Of a DNA stretch of 64,000 nucleotides, positions 37,932-50,644 are shown piece after piece. The DNA is taken from positions 75,950,001 to 76,014,000 of the forward strand of contig NC_043002.1 of the NCBI RefSeq assembly GCF_006345805.1, written 5' to 3'. This stretch comes from Octopus sinensis (Eukaryota). The notes under the pieces are model-generated. The model worked only from the letters and a program-made list of their open reading frames with translations, did no database searches and had not been told where the DNA came from. Within the stretch, counting starts at the first letter, position 1, and the number at the start of each line of letters is the position of its first letter. The translations under genes were made by a program, and so were the position numbers.

Positions 37932-37974
<43 letters not shown>

Positions 37975-38120
37975 CCCATTTACCCATTTACCTGGAACAA
38001 ATTCACCCATTCACCCATTTACCTGGAACAAAACGCTCTATCCCCACAAACTACAACAGCAACCACCATAATACAACATCACCACAACCACCAATATCTC
38101 AAACAAGGAATCCCCAAATC

Positions 38121-38177
38121 TGCCGCTATTCCCAGCGAGACAGATTGTGCTTGCACAGGGATTGCCCCTTTACCCAT
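38121..38177 (+). pseudogene. CCCH zinc-finger motif in the LINE ORF1 remnant
   Basis: C-RYSQRDRL-C-LHRD-C-PFT-H (C-x8-C-x4-C-x3-H), followed by LPGT. FTHLPGT also occurs upstream, at the truncated 5' end. Confidence 0.65.
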
Positions 38178-39593
38178 CTCCCGGGGACTCGTCGGACATT
38201 TAAAGATAACCACTCACATAAAAATAGCCGCGGCCACAGTCACCTGCGGTTCCCTAGACAGGAAACCACCTCTTCTTCCTCTTTTTTAGCTATAATGAAT
38301 CTAGCAAAAGAACTGGAAAAAAACATCCGAGCTATCACCCACCGCCATCCACCACTATTACCCCACTACACATGCCATTAAAAAGCAATCAAATAAACAA
38401 ATCACCAAAACAATTAAAACCATCCACTCTCGCCTCAACATTTCTGCTTAATGCCCAAGGCATCAGCCCTTCCACCAATACACAAAAATGGAAGATAAGA
38501 TTCCTGGAGGACTGGGTCGAGGCCCATCCAAACCACATCCTTTCTTCGTCCTCACTGAAACCCATCTTAGTGACCTCCACTTGGAAGCCGAGGTGAAAGT
38601 TAAAAATTTCAAAACCATTCGTGCTGATCGTGTTGGCAGAAGAAAGGGTGGGACTGCCATTTATGTCCATGATTCATTCTCAACAGAAGCCATGAACATA
38701 TTTTCGAATGGATACTGCGAAGCAGTCGCTGTATTCAGTCAAACCAACAACTTAACAGTAGTTGGGCTCTACAGACCACCCCAAACGCCCCTACCATGCT
38801 TCAAGGAATGCCTCAACAGCATAAAGTGTTTCATTCAGCAGTGTCAACCTGACAACATTTTAATGATGGGAGATTTCAACCTTCCCGGGGTTGACTGGTC
38901 TACAAACAGTCTGCCGCCAGGTTCTTCTCTCTCAACCCCTGACAGGGAGGCAGTGGAATCGCTTCTTGACTTCATGGATGACTTCTTCTTGTCCCAACTG
39001 GTACTCGAACCAACGAGATGTCACAAAAACGTCTTAGACTTAATTTTCAGCAATCACAACTGATACTATCCACAATATTGCAGTGGAGAAAACCCTACTC
39101 TCCGACCATGACATGGTTCTCTGTGATCTGAGATTTCACTGGCCAAAATGCAAAACAAATGTCATCCCTCCTGCTCATCCATTTGACACTATGGATTTCC
39201 ACATGCAAACTGGGAAGCGATCAATAATGATCTTGCACAAGTCGATTGGTCCTTCACGCACACATACACACCCACTAACATCAAAAAGTCCTGGCAGTCA
39301 CTTGTAGACACCATCACGAACATATGTGCAAGACACACCCCATTAAGATCTGCAAACAAATCTAAGTGTCGAATCCCTAGAAATAGAAAATCTCTCATAA
39401 GGAAAATTAAAAGAATCAACAAAAAGATCAACATGCTGAAATACTGTCAACAGCAACACACCAACCTGACTGCCATCTCGTCGCTAGAGATTAAAAAACA
39501 TAAACTACTCCAAAACAACATGATGTCTATCATCAATAGTCAGCGAAGAGCTGAAGAGGCCTGGGCCATTGAGAAGATCAAACTCAATCCAAA

Positions 39594-41387
39594 GTGTTCT
39601 TTTCATTTGCAAAAAAACACAGAGTCACTGGTTCTACTGTTGGCCCTCTGATTGATGAAAATGGTACTCTTCAAGACAATGCCAAAACCATGGGAGAAAT
39701 ATTGCAGAAACAATATTGCTCTGTTTTCAGCAATCCTGATATGACTGATCTGGGCTGTATCAGTGATGTTACTCCCCAATACACTTTATCGGACATAACA
39801 TTTGGCGCTCCTTATGTCTTAGCAGCAATAAAGGAAATGAAGCATAATTCAGCAGTAGGTCCCGATAGGTTCCCTGCTTGTGTCTTGAAGATGTGTCAAA
39901 ACCAACTTGCACCCCCTCTAGCCAATCTGTGGCGGAACTCATGGATGCTGGATATATACCAGAAGACCTTCTATCCCAGTCTGTTGTCCCAGTTTTCAAA
40001 AAGGAAACAAATCGCTTGCCGTGAATTACCGTCCAATCTCACTCACTCTCATATCATCAAGGTATTTGAGAGGGTGCTGAGATCGCGTATGACTCACTTC
40101 CTTGAGAGTCATAATATGCTGAACCCCAACCAGCATGGATTCCGTAATGGGAGAGATTGCCTGACGCAGCTACTGCATCATTTTGATGACATTTTGAGAG
40201 CCTTGGGAGAGGGTTCCAACACTGATGTCATCTACCTTGATTTCAGCAAGGCCTTTGACAGGGTTGATCATAAGATCCTTCTGAGAAAGCTGTCCAATAT
40301 CGGTGTCACTGGAAAGCTGCTGCAATGGATCAAGTGCTTCCTCTCTAACAGAACCCAACATGTTGTAGTCGAAGGAGTCAAATCCAGCCCAGCCAAAGTC
40401 AGCAGTGGTGTCCCACAAGGCACTGTGTTGGGCCCACTTCTCTTCATCATCTACATAAATGATATTACTGACACCGTCAAACACAGCAACATCAGAACCT
40501 TCGCTGATGATTCCAAGCTCCAGAAGGTCATCAATGGCGTGGATGACCGAATAAACCTTCAGTCAGACCTACTGGCTGTTGTCCAATGGGCGGAAAAGAA
40601 TTACATGTTGCTAAATGAAGACAAATTCGAACTGATCCACTTTGGAAGGGAGGACGCTCTGAAACTCCCATACTCTCTTCCTTCTGGAGAAATTTTCATG
40701 GCATCCAACAACATCAGAGACCTGGGAGTAACAGTGGACAACAACATAAGCTGGGCTACACATATAAGCAGCAAAGTTGACATGGCCCGCAGAATGTGTT
40801 CCTGGATTCTCAGAACCTTCCAGTCGAGAGATTCCCACGCTATTATCCTTCTCTTCTCCACTTTTGCCCGACCCCACCTTGAATACTGCTGTCCACTGTG
40901 GTCTCCCTACACAAAACAAAATATTATGAGAATTGAAGCTCCCCAAAGGTCAATCACAAAAAAGATAGATGGCATGTCAGACCTTGACTACTGGGGTAGA
41001 CTAGAGAAGCTGAAATTGTATTCACTCCAACGACGCCGTGAACGCTACATTATCTGTATGATGTGGAAAATATTCCATCAGCACTGTCCGAATGATGTTG
41101 GCATCACCTTCAAAATGCATCCAAGGCTTGGACCACGTGCCATCCGTCCACAACAAAAATCTAAATCGCATCACATAACGACAATACGGCACAAGTATTT
41201 CACCTCAATTGGACCCGCTCTCTTCAACATTACACCAGGACACGTCAAAAAAGAAACTGACCACACAAAATTCAAGAAGTCTTTGGACAAATTCCTTCAA
41301 ACAGTACCGGACAAACCACCCACACCCGGATATGTCTCCGCAAACAATAACTCTCTGCTCGAATGGGCCTTGGTGCCCAAATCCTGA
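39594..41387 (+). pseudogene. LINE ORF2 reverse-transcriptase portion (597 aa open)
   Basis: RT motifs intact; a local frameshifted patch near 39940-40050. Confidence 0.9.
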
Positions 41388-41471
41388 ACTGAAAGACTTC
41401 GCCAGGTGGTGCTATTAAGTTAGACATGCCTGGGCCAATACTGGCCAAAAACCTTTCTAAGTTATTCTAAG

Positions 41472-41512
<41 letters not shown>

Positions 41513-41549
41513 CATATATATATACATATATATAATATATATATATATA

Positions 41550-41590
<41 letters not shown>

Positions 41591-41606
41591 GTATGTATAT
41601 ATGTAT

Positions 41607-41785
41607 GCCCTTCGTCATGACAGATAGCCAGCCACTACACATTCTTTATTTTCTCTCCTTTCTTTCTGCGTTCCTTTCTGTGGAAGAGATAGGCTCGAAA
41701 CGTTAAAGACGTTTTCACTAATCACCTGTTTGTTGTCTACACCTCCTGCCTTCGTCTTTTATCTTTTTGTGAATGTTTCCCTTAT
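41607..41785 (+). repeat. PLE-type terminal-repeat fragment with a hammerhead variant at 41674-41708
   Basis: CTTT-CTGTGGA-A-GAG-atagg-CTC-GAAA-CG-TT-AAAG. Confidence 0.6.
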
Positions 41786-41798
41786 ATATATATGTATA

Positions 41799-41853
<55 letters not shown>

Positions 41854-41889
41854 ATATATGTATGTATATATATACACAAACATCTTTTT

Positions 41890-42255
41890 CTTTTTCTTTT
41901 TACTTGTCTCAGTCATTTTGACTGCGGCCATGCTGGAGCACCGCCTTTAATCGAGCAACTTATTCTTTGTAAGCCCAGTGACCGCTAAGTGACGGGGACA
42001 TAAAAACACACCACTATCGGTTGTCAAGCAATGCTAGGGGAACAAACACAGACACACAAACATACACGCACATACATATATATATATACATATATACGAC
42101 GGGCTTCTTTCAGTTTCCGTCTACCAAATCCACTCACAAGACTTTGGTCGGCCCTAGGCCATAGTAGAAGACACTTGCCCAAGCTGCCACGCAGTGGGAC
42201 TGAACCCGGAACCATGTGGTTGGTAAACAAGCTACTTACCACACAGCCACCCCTA
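41890..42255 (-). mobile_element. SINE family A
   Basis: Head through tail as in the other copies. Confidence 0.88.
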
Positions 42256-42400
42256 CATATATATATATATATCTATATATATATATAATATATATATATA
42301 TTATGTATATACATATACATATATACATATATTACTATTATTACTATTATTATAATATTATTATTATTGTTGTTATTATTATATATTATTATCATCATTA

Positions 42401-42445
<45 letters not shown>

Positions 42446-42806
42446 AATTGTATTGCACTTGTTCTGCTTCGAAGTACATAACTGAGAAAATCCGACTACA
42501 CAAATACAAAATAATAATCTGATTTTTAATTTACACCAGTCGTTATACGACGACGGTTGTTTCAGTTAGCTAGATACGACAGTCTGTGGAATGAAAAGCG
42601 ACAGACAGAAGCGAAAAAGGTCGATGTGAAGCGGTTACAGGTGGTTTATTATTTCAACAGTAAAAGATAAACAAACCAAATAAAATGTAAACTAGCAATA
42701 AAATTCTTTATACATTTGTATGTGCGCTTGCGCGTGCGTTTGTGTGTACTACACAGACACACACACATACATATGCATGTATCTATACACACACACACAC
42801 ACACAC

Positions 42807-42873
<67 letters not shown>

Positions 42874-43266
42874 TATATATATATCTATATATATATATAT
42901 ACATACATATATACATACATATATACATACATATATACATACATACGTATATATATATATATAATGTAACCACATTGAATCGTTGGCGATCTTCTTCCCT
43001 TCTATTGGACTTACCTCTGTTTCCGAAGAAGAGCGTCTGCTAAAACCTTACGTGTACCACGTCCTCGCATTGTTGTTTTTTTTTTGTGTTTGTTCTTCTG
43101 TTTGAGATTTACTATATAGGAAGATGTGTTGTTGAAAATGCACTTAAATTTCAAAAACTCGGAAATGTTTAAAATACATTTATTTACATATATACCAAAC
43201 TAGTTTCAGCAATATTTTTTGTTTATCAATGGTAAAAGTGTAAAATTAGAAAAAACATCGTTATAA

Positions 43267-43382
43267 GTTTCAATGTTGACAAATCAAAATGTTTCAATGT
43301 TGACAAACTGAAATGTTTCAATGTTGTTAAATTAAAATGTTTCAATGTTGTTAAATTAAAATGTTTCAATGTTGATAAATTA
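43267..43382. repeat. 24-bp minisatellite, 4.8 copies
   Basis: gtttcaatgttg(ac/tt)aaattaaaat. Confidence 0.9.
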
Positions 43383-43779
43383 TCATGTTCAAAACAGTTT
43401 GTAAATTTGAAATTAAAACTGTATATTAATTTGTTAGAATGTACAAGGTTCATTAATTTCAGTGGTGGTCGACAAGTCATACTGAAAAAAAAAAACAGTG
43501 TGAGAGTTGAAATAGTAAAAAAAGGGGGGAATTACGGTTTCTCAGATCTTTAAACAGTCGCTTGCGCTTGCAATGGCATGTTCTAGGGAAATATGTATTT
43601 ATAAATTTTTTTTTGCGAGCGGATCTGATTTTGATTCGTTAAAAAATTGATGACGTTTTCCTTCCGTGGTCAAGCTTGTTGTTCTGCTTGGTTGGTTTCA
43701 TTGCAAGATAAGTTCCGGTTGGTTGGTTTCCTTAAAGGGTCTTTTCGTTGAGTTTAGTTGTGGAGGGTGCCCGAGGAGG

Positions 43780-44207
43780 CGTTTAATCTTGACTGCCTTC
43801 TTCCTACAGTGAAGCACAGAGAAGGGTTTGTGATGGTTCGGACTGCCATTTCTTGAAATTCTCTTGGTCCAATCGTTGATCTGCATAGTAGGATCAAGAG
43901 CAATGATTATCTAAATATTGTCGAAAATCAAGTCCTTCCCATGGACCAGACATTATTCTCTGATGGTCAGAGCATATGCGGTACATTTTGGAGCGACAAG
44001 GTAGATGTTACCCCAACCGGCGTGTCTTGAACAGCTGGAGCAGGTTTTGCTGGAAGAATGGCTCAAAATTACTCTCAATGAATTCAGGAAGTTATATGAA
44101 TCAATTCCTAGACTCATCGAAGCTGTTCAGAAAGCTAAAGGAGGACCAACACCAAACAAATATTCATTGCATTTAACAGGTGTAGCGATTATTTTGTCCA
44201 ACCCCTG
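43780..44207 (+). mobile_element. Tc1 3' fragment with an internal deletion of the D..E segment
   Basis: PTVKHREGFVMV..LGPIVDLHSRIKSNDYLNIVENQVLP; LEEWLKI..LYESIPRLIEAVQKAKGGPTP; right TIR ..ttttgtccaacccctg|TA. Confidence 0.8.
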
Positions 44208-44679
44208 TATATATATATATATATAATTATTATTATTATTATTATTATTATTGTTAATATTATTATTATTAACATTATTATTTATATTATTCTTTACTTG
44301 CGTTCGTATGAAAACAAAGAGTGTGAAAACATATACACAGTGTTTGGCTTTGACTGAAATTAGAATTTTCGATGCTTTCTATAGAATAGGCGTAGGCGCA
44401 GTCACGTAGATGGCAAATCCGCTTCGCAACCATGTAATTCCGGTTACATCTTTCGCTAAAAATCACCTTGGTTGCAATGTTTTCTGTTGTAGCTTAGAAC
44501 TGGCCAATATTGTGTTAAAAGGATTAATCAGACAGAAACCTTTCAGAAGCCACTTATGTATATATACATACAAGCGCTATTACTGCTAGCGCAGATAAGG
44601 TACACTAAAATTAATTCTCGAAACCTGGACATAATCTGATGACTGAAACCTACTACAGAATGTTCTTTATCTTTTAATG

Positions 44680-45110
44680 TTTTCAGTCGATGGACTATAG
44701 CCATGCTGGAGCACCGCCTTGAATGGTTTAGTCATACAAATCGACCCCAGAACTTATTTTTAAGCCAAGGACGTATTCTCTCGGCCGCTTTTGCCAAAAT
44801 GCTACGTTGCATTGACATGAACAAACCCACTCCGATTGTCAAATGGTGGTGGAGGAAAATCACAAGCACAAATGCTTATATACTAATACAATTATATATA
44901 TATATATGTACACACACGCACACAGACGCACACACACATACACACAAACACACAAACACGCGGACACACTTATATCTGACAGGCTTCCATAAGATTTCCA
45001 TCTACCAAATACATTAACAAGGCATTGGTCGCCCTGGGTCTATAGTAGAAGACACTTGCCGAAAGTATCAAGCATTAGATCTGAACCCGAAACTTCTAGA
45101 TTGCAGATGA
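44680..45110 (-). mobile_element. SINE family A, diverged
   Basis: Tail ggcggtgctccagcatggctatagtccatcgactgaaaa; core present. Confidence 0.78.
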
Positions 45111-45606
45111 AGCTTCTGGTGCCGAAAATAAAGCAGAAGTGACATAGGTCGTTCAAATTGCACATGTTACTGGAGTAACTTTTTTTTCTATAGTCATTTA
45201 GAGCTACCTACTTTAGAATACAAATCGCAGAGTTTGTGAAAACATCGCCAACCATATATCATGTACGGTAATACTAAAGCGGCGAGCTGGCAGAAACGTT
45301 CGCACACCAAGGGAAATGCTTTGTTAAATCAAAGGGAAATAACCACAGTAAATTTTCGTTGTTACTTTTACTGTTCAATACAGAGGAGGGACAGAGAGGT
45401 AGTGAGAGAGAAAGAGTCAGAGTGAGAAAGAATGGGAGAGAGGGAGAGAGAGAGAGAGTGATGAAAGAAAGTAAGTGTGTGTGTGTGAACGTGACATTCT
45501 GTGTGTGTTTCCAGAGAGATAGATAGACACACAGATCTATACATATCTATACATACCTGTAGAGATATGTGTAAACTGTAAACCGGGGATGGGATTTTTA
45601 TCTATA

Positions 45607-47219
45607 CAGTTGCAGTCAAAATGTTCAGAACGGCATTGTTTTCGTCAGAAAAGTAGATATAAGTTTTTATCAAAGTTGTTTTATATTCTATAATTTTCAC
45701 AGACAATAAATACAATATTATTTGTTATTGTCTGAGATTTTGGTGTAATTTGAGAGGATAATACAAAAGTTATCGATGATTTAGTGATTTACTGCAAAAC
45801 CCATGGCGGCTAAAATGATCAGAACGGTTGCTTTTACTCCATGTTTTAGTATATTTAACCAGCGAACTCTAATGTTTTGAATTTGTTTACGTGGCGGTTC
45901 ATTTACTAAACACGCCTAAGAATATCTGCAGTATACTTTGTTAATATAATGCCACTTACTCCGTTACCAATTCGTCAGCAGATTATTAAGCTTCGAAAGA
46001 AGGATAATTTAAGTATTGCAAAGATTGTTAACAAGTGTTGTTCACGGTGTTATTAAGGTCTACGTTGATTGTGGTTCGTGTGAAGCAAGAAAGTCTACAG
46101 GTAGGCCAAGAAAAACGACCAAGAGAGAAGATCGTGCTATGGTAAAGTTGGTTAAAAAGGACAGATTTAAAACTGCTGCTGCTGTTTCTCGGGAAATGAG
46201 CATTGTACTGAAGAAAACTTTATCTCGAAAAACTGTGTCCCATCCTTTAGTTGAACATAACCTACAAACAAGAGCACCTGCAGTGAAGCCACTGATCAGC
46301 TCCAAGAATAAAAAGTGTCGTCTTACCTTTGTAACCTAACATGTGTTGTGGTCTCAAGAAAAATGACAAATGGTGCATTTCAGTGATGAATCTAAGTCTA
46401 TGTTATTTAGCTCAGATGGGAAAAGGTACGTTCGTCGAAAAGCAGGTGAAAAATTGTCGCCTAAATGCCTTAAGACTAGTGTTAAATTCGGTGGAGGAAG
46501 TGTCATGGTTTGGGAGATGATATCTGGAGATGTTGTGGGCCCTTTGCTGCGATTACATGGAAAAGTAAATGCAGGAGTTTATAAACAACTTGTAAAAGAT
46601 CATGTCTTGCCTGTGCTGAGAAATTCAACTAAGCGACCACCCATATTCATGCAGGACAATGCCCCATGTCACAAGGCTAAGGTGGTCATGAACTTCCTCA
46701 AGGCTGAAAAGGTTATTGTTATGGATTGGCCTGCTCAAAGGCCAGACCTCAATCCTATTGAAAATGTGTGGAATATTCTAGAAGAACGTTTGAAAGTCAG
46801 AAATCCTAAAACAACTGAGCAATTATGGAATGCCCTTCAAGAAGAATGGAATAAGATCACCCAGCAAGAAATTGAAAATTTAATTTCCCCATGCAGTCGA
46901 AAATGTCAAACTTTGATTGAAGCCAAAGGGCTTCACACTAAATATGAAATAATTCCAGCATTCTCTGTCACTTTTTGATTATTTTGTTATTTTTTCAACC
47001 GTTCTGATCATTTTGGCCACCATGGGTTTTGCAGTAAATCCCTATATCATCGATAACTTTTGTATTATCCTCTCAAATTACACCAAAATCTCAGACAATA
47101 ACAGTTAATATAGTATTTATTGTCTGTGAAAATTATAGAATATAAAACAACTGTAATAAAAACTTATACCTACTTTTCTGACAAAAACAATGCCGTTCTG
47201 AACATTTTGGCCGCAACTG
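45607..47219 (+). mobile_element. Full-length Tc1 (DD34E) with 224-bp IR/DR TIRs, defective
   Basis: TA|cagttgcagtcaaaatgttcagaacgg ... ccgttctgaacattttggccgcaactg|TA. Inner DR aaaatgatcagaacgg. ATG ~45949, frameshift and stops in the N-terminal half. FSDESK, QD-34aa-E intact in 46370-46978. Confidence 0.95.
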
Positions 47220-47422
47220 TATATCTAATGAAACAAATTTTGAAATTGAAATCATATGTTATAAAAAACGTAATCTGCTTCTGACAAATATATCTAATAA
47301 AATTTTTAAAAAACTCACAAATTTTGAAATTGAAATAAAATGTTACTCGAAATGTCGAGGTTTTTTTTTTATCGCGGGTAATACTGACTTGCGCGGGTGC
47401 GCGCGTCCAGAAACAACGTGCG

Positions 47423-47436
47423 GTTGTTATGGTAAC
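47423..47436. promoter_or_regulatory. RFX X-box-like motif next to a CpG-rich patch
   Basis: GTTGTTATGGTAAC, ~20 bp after ttgcgcgggtgcgcgcgtcc. Confidence 0.25.
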
Positions 47437-47609
47437 AAGCTGTTAATGCCTTGTTGTCTGTTGATGGGCTCAAATTTTCAAATAATTCCTAATAAAATCA
47501 GATTCTTAATTTACGAGATAACGTAATTACCTGAGAATAATCAAAATTCAGAATTGCATCGATACTCCAAAATTGAAAACTATCTGAGCAAAATTAAAGG
47601 GGGATGATT

Positions 47610-48075
47610 TTGTGAGTGAAACATAGAAGATTCGAATTGCCTATAACAGTCCATGTCTAAAATTCATTCTGTTACTTTCTAACACAAACCTCAATAATCT
47701 ACAGAGAAAATTTGATGGAATACTTTTGTTTGACCACTTTTCGAAAGCATCCATGCATGCTTCTATCCCTTCATTGTGGTCAATATTGAGAGATAAGGAA
47801 GAAACATCCATGATTACCAAAAACCTGTTCTCGACACGGCCTCGATGCTTAAAAAAGTTGTTGATTATAGACACAAAATCAAAAGTATCCCGAATGTAGG
47901 AACTTGATCTTTTTGCGACAGGGAGTAGAAAGACATCCAGCCATTCCGAAATCTTGGCTGTACAACATTCATATCCGCTGTAAATTGGGTGCATCGGAGG
48001 AAATCTTTCGAACATTTTGTGTATTTTAGGGAGACCATGAAATACAGGTATTCCTTCTGACCGTAAAATCCTGGA
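47610..48075 (-). mobile_element. Penelope-like RT fragment
   Basis: FHGLPKIHK..PPMHPIYSG..ISEWLD..LP..SYIRDTFDF..LVIMDVSSL..NIDHNEGIEA. Confidence 0.85.
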
Positions 48076-48139
48076 TTCGGCTTTGTTAAAGAAATTGCTT
48101 TACTCCATTTCCAGAATTATTTTGCCCAAGTTCCTTTCT

Positions 48140-48695
48140 GTAATTGGGACCACCAAAGCTAATAAACCAGATACTGATGTGAAAGACCAAAACAATAAAG
48201 TTTGTTTATTGATTTACATAAGCAATATCTTGATAAAAGAATTTGGTAAGCTCAGAAAATACAAAGATTTGCTGATTGAAATCGAAAAGATGTGGAATCT
48301 CAAGACGGTTACAGTACCAGTGATAGTAAGAGTACTTGGAATGGTCAACGAAGGAACTGAAAATTATTTGAGGATGATTCCTGGCTTACCATCCATGCAG
48401 GAAGTGCAAAAGATTGTCATAACTGGTATATCACAAGTACTGAGTAGAGCATTGTCGCAGTGAATTTTCTTTCTTTCCCCACCCCCTTTATTTTCTTTGT
48501 TGCCCTTTTTCAATTTTTATTTCTATATTTTTGTCCTTCTTCTCTGTCTTTCTCCCCGTTTTTCTCTATCACATGTCTTTGTAAATGAACAATCTGGTGT
48601 CATTATCTTAACGGCCTACCAATATACACAGTGAGTTTCTCTGCCCTAGGTGTCAGGAAGACACTCGGCAAGAAATGGAAATAGGATTGAAAGAT
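48140..48695 (+). mobile_element. R4/Dong-type 3' fragment (restriction-like endonuclease + 3' UTR) ending at (AAT)n
   Basis: ANKPD..KVCLLI..KYKDLLIEIEKMWNLKTVTVPVIV..LGM..EVQKIV..; followed by the (AAT)n array. Confidence 0.8.
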
Positions 48696-48702
48696 GATGA
48701 TG

Positions 48703-48766
<64 letters not shown>

Positions 48767-48776
48767 TAACAATAAC

Positions 48777-48826
<50 letters not shown>

Positions 48827-48880
48827 CAACAACAACAACAACTCAACAATAATACCAATAATAATAATAATAATCACAAC
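48695..48880. repeat. (AAT)n/(AAC)n microsatellite
   Basis: Read directly from the sequence. Confidence 0.95.
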
Positions 48881-49309
48881 AGCTGTCACTGTCCTTTCCT
48901 ACTCAATGTAAACCACACCCCACAGCTTTGTATCTCGTTTCTTGTATCGTCCCCAACATCTTAGTCTCTCGTGACCAATAAAGAAATAAAATGAATAATT
49001 ATTAATGCCACTGATGTTGTGGTTCTTGTTATTGTTTTAAAGTCTACTTAGTTTTCCCCATCCCTTTCCTTGCCCCTCTCCCTCTCTCGTCACCTCCCCT
49101 GTCACCCCCTCCTCCTCTTCTTTCCCTCGCCACCTCGCTCTGTCACTCTCCTTCTCTCTCAATCTTTCCATCTCTTCCACTTTCTTCCATTCTGGTACTC
49201 TGTGAAATTATTGAAATATCATGAGATGATAACCTTTTCCCTTTCCATAAGATCTGCCGGTTCACGTTTCCGCCAATCTGTTATTTTTTTAGATATTACT
49301 GATCAACAT

Positions 49310-49705
<396 letters not shown>

Positions 49706-50029
49706 GTCTGTTTGTCCCTTGTCAGCCTATATCGCTCTCGTTTTCTTTATTTCTATGTCTACATCACTCTTTCTGTGTCTTTCACAAAACACATAAATAT
49801 GTCAACGAAACATATTTGTAACACTAGCCACTTGCTCTTTAACTGTCTCACATAGACGACTTTTCTTTCAAATGTTTGACAATAGATATCGTAACAAAAA
49901 CACCCATACTTACAAACATACCTATATACACACATGTGCGTCTATGCACTGATATATTCATAAACACAAATACACGCACACATACACACTCACACTCCAA
50001 CATAAACACATTGAAACGCATACATAATA

Positions 50030-50425
50030 CGTACATACATACATGCATACATACATGCATGCATGCATCCATACATACATATATATATACAAACATACAT
50101 ATATGCATACATACATGCATGCATGCATACAAGCATACATACATGCATGCATCATACATACATGCATGCATACATCCATCCATACATACATACATGCTTA
50201 CATACATACATACATGCATACATACATGCATGCATCATACATACATGCATACGTCCATACATAGCTACATACATACATGCATGAATACATACATATATGT
50301 TTACATACATACATCTTTACATACATACGTACTTGCATACATATATACCCACATGCATGCATACATACGTACATGCATATATACATAAAAGCATACAAAT
50401 ATACATACATACATACATACATACA
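50030..50425. repeat. Degenerate (CATA/CATG)n tract
   Basis: Read directly from the sequence. Confidence 0.9.
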
Positions 50426-50427
50426 CA

Positions 50428-50640
50428 TAGTGGCACCTGTAACAAAACACGGGCTACTAAAAATATTACAGCCGAATAAAGAAATTTTGGACCTCAGAAC
50501 TCTCTGCTTTCAATAAAACAATGGCCCACAACGTATTTGCAGTGTCAATACTCATACCCGCATTTGGGTAGCTTGATTGGATGCTTGATGAGATCCGAAC
50601 CATTGATGTGAAAACCCGTAAAATACTAACGAGCACCCCC
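50428..50640 (+). mobile_element. R4-type RT fragment, related to 35.5-37.5 kb
   Basis: [47 protein letters not shown] matches the YYARLRKLW..NKTIFHNAFAV region near 36170-36330. Confidence 0.7.
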
Positions 50641-50644
50641 TCCC

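Larger units (their letters stand above)
37971..41473 (+). mobile_element. CR1-clade LINE with the 3' part of ORF1 and near-complete ORF2 (APE + RT), few disruptions
   Basis: LLNAQG..VLTETHL..RADRVGRRKGG..VVGLYRPP..MGDFNLP..LDLIFSNH; RT GVPQGTVLGPLLF, FADD; stop 41385-41387; tail (TTCTAAGTTA)2; (TA)n on both sides. Confidence 0.93.

Noticed and set aside
43226-43480. ORF with 8-aa repeats (LSTLKHFN)
   Set aside because: Translation of the 24-bp minisatellite; no splice or homology support.
44628-44660. CTGATGA-CT-GAAA; also CTGATGA...GAAA at 57647-57680
   Set aside because: No stem II possible.
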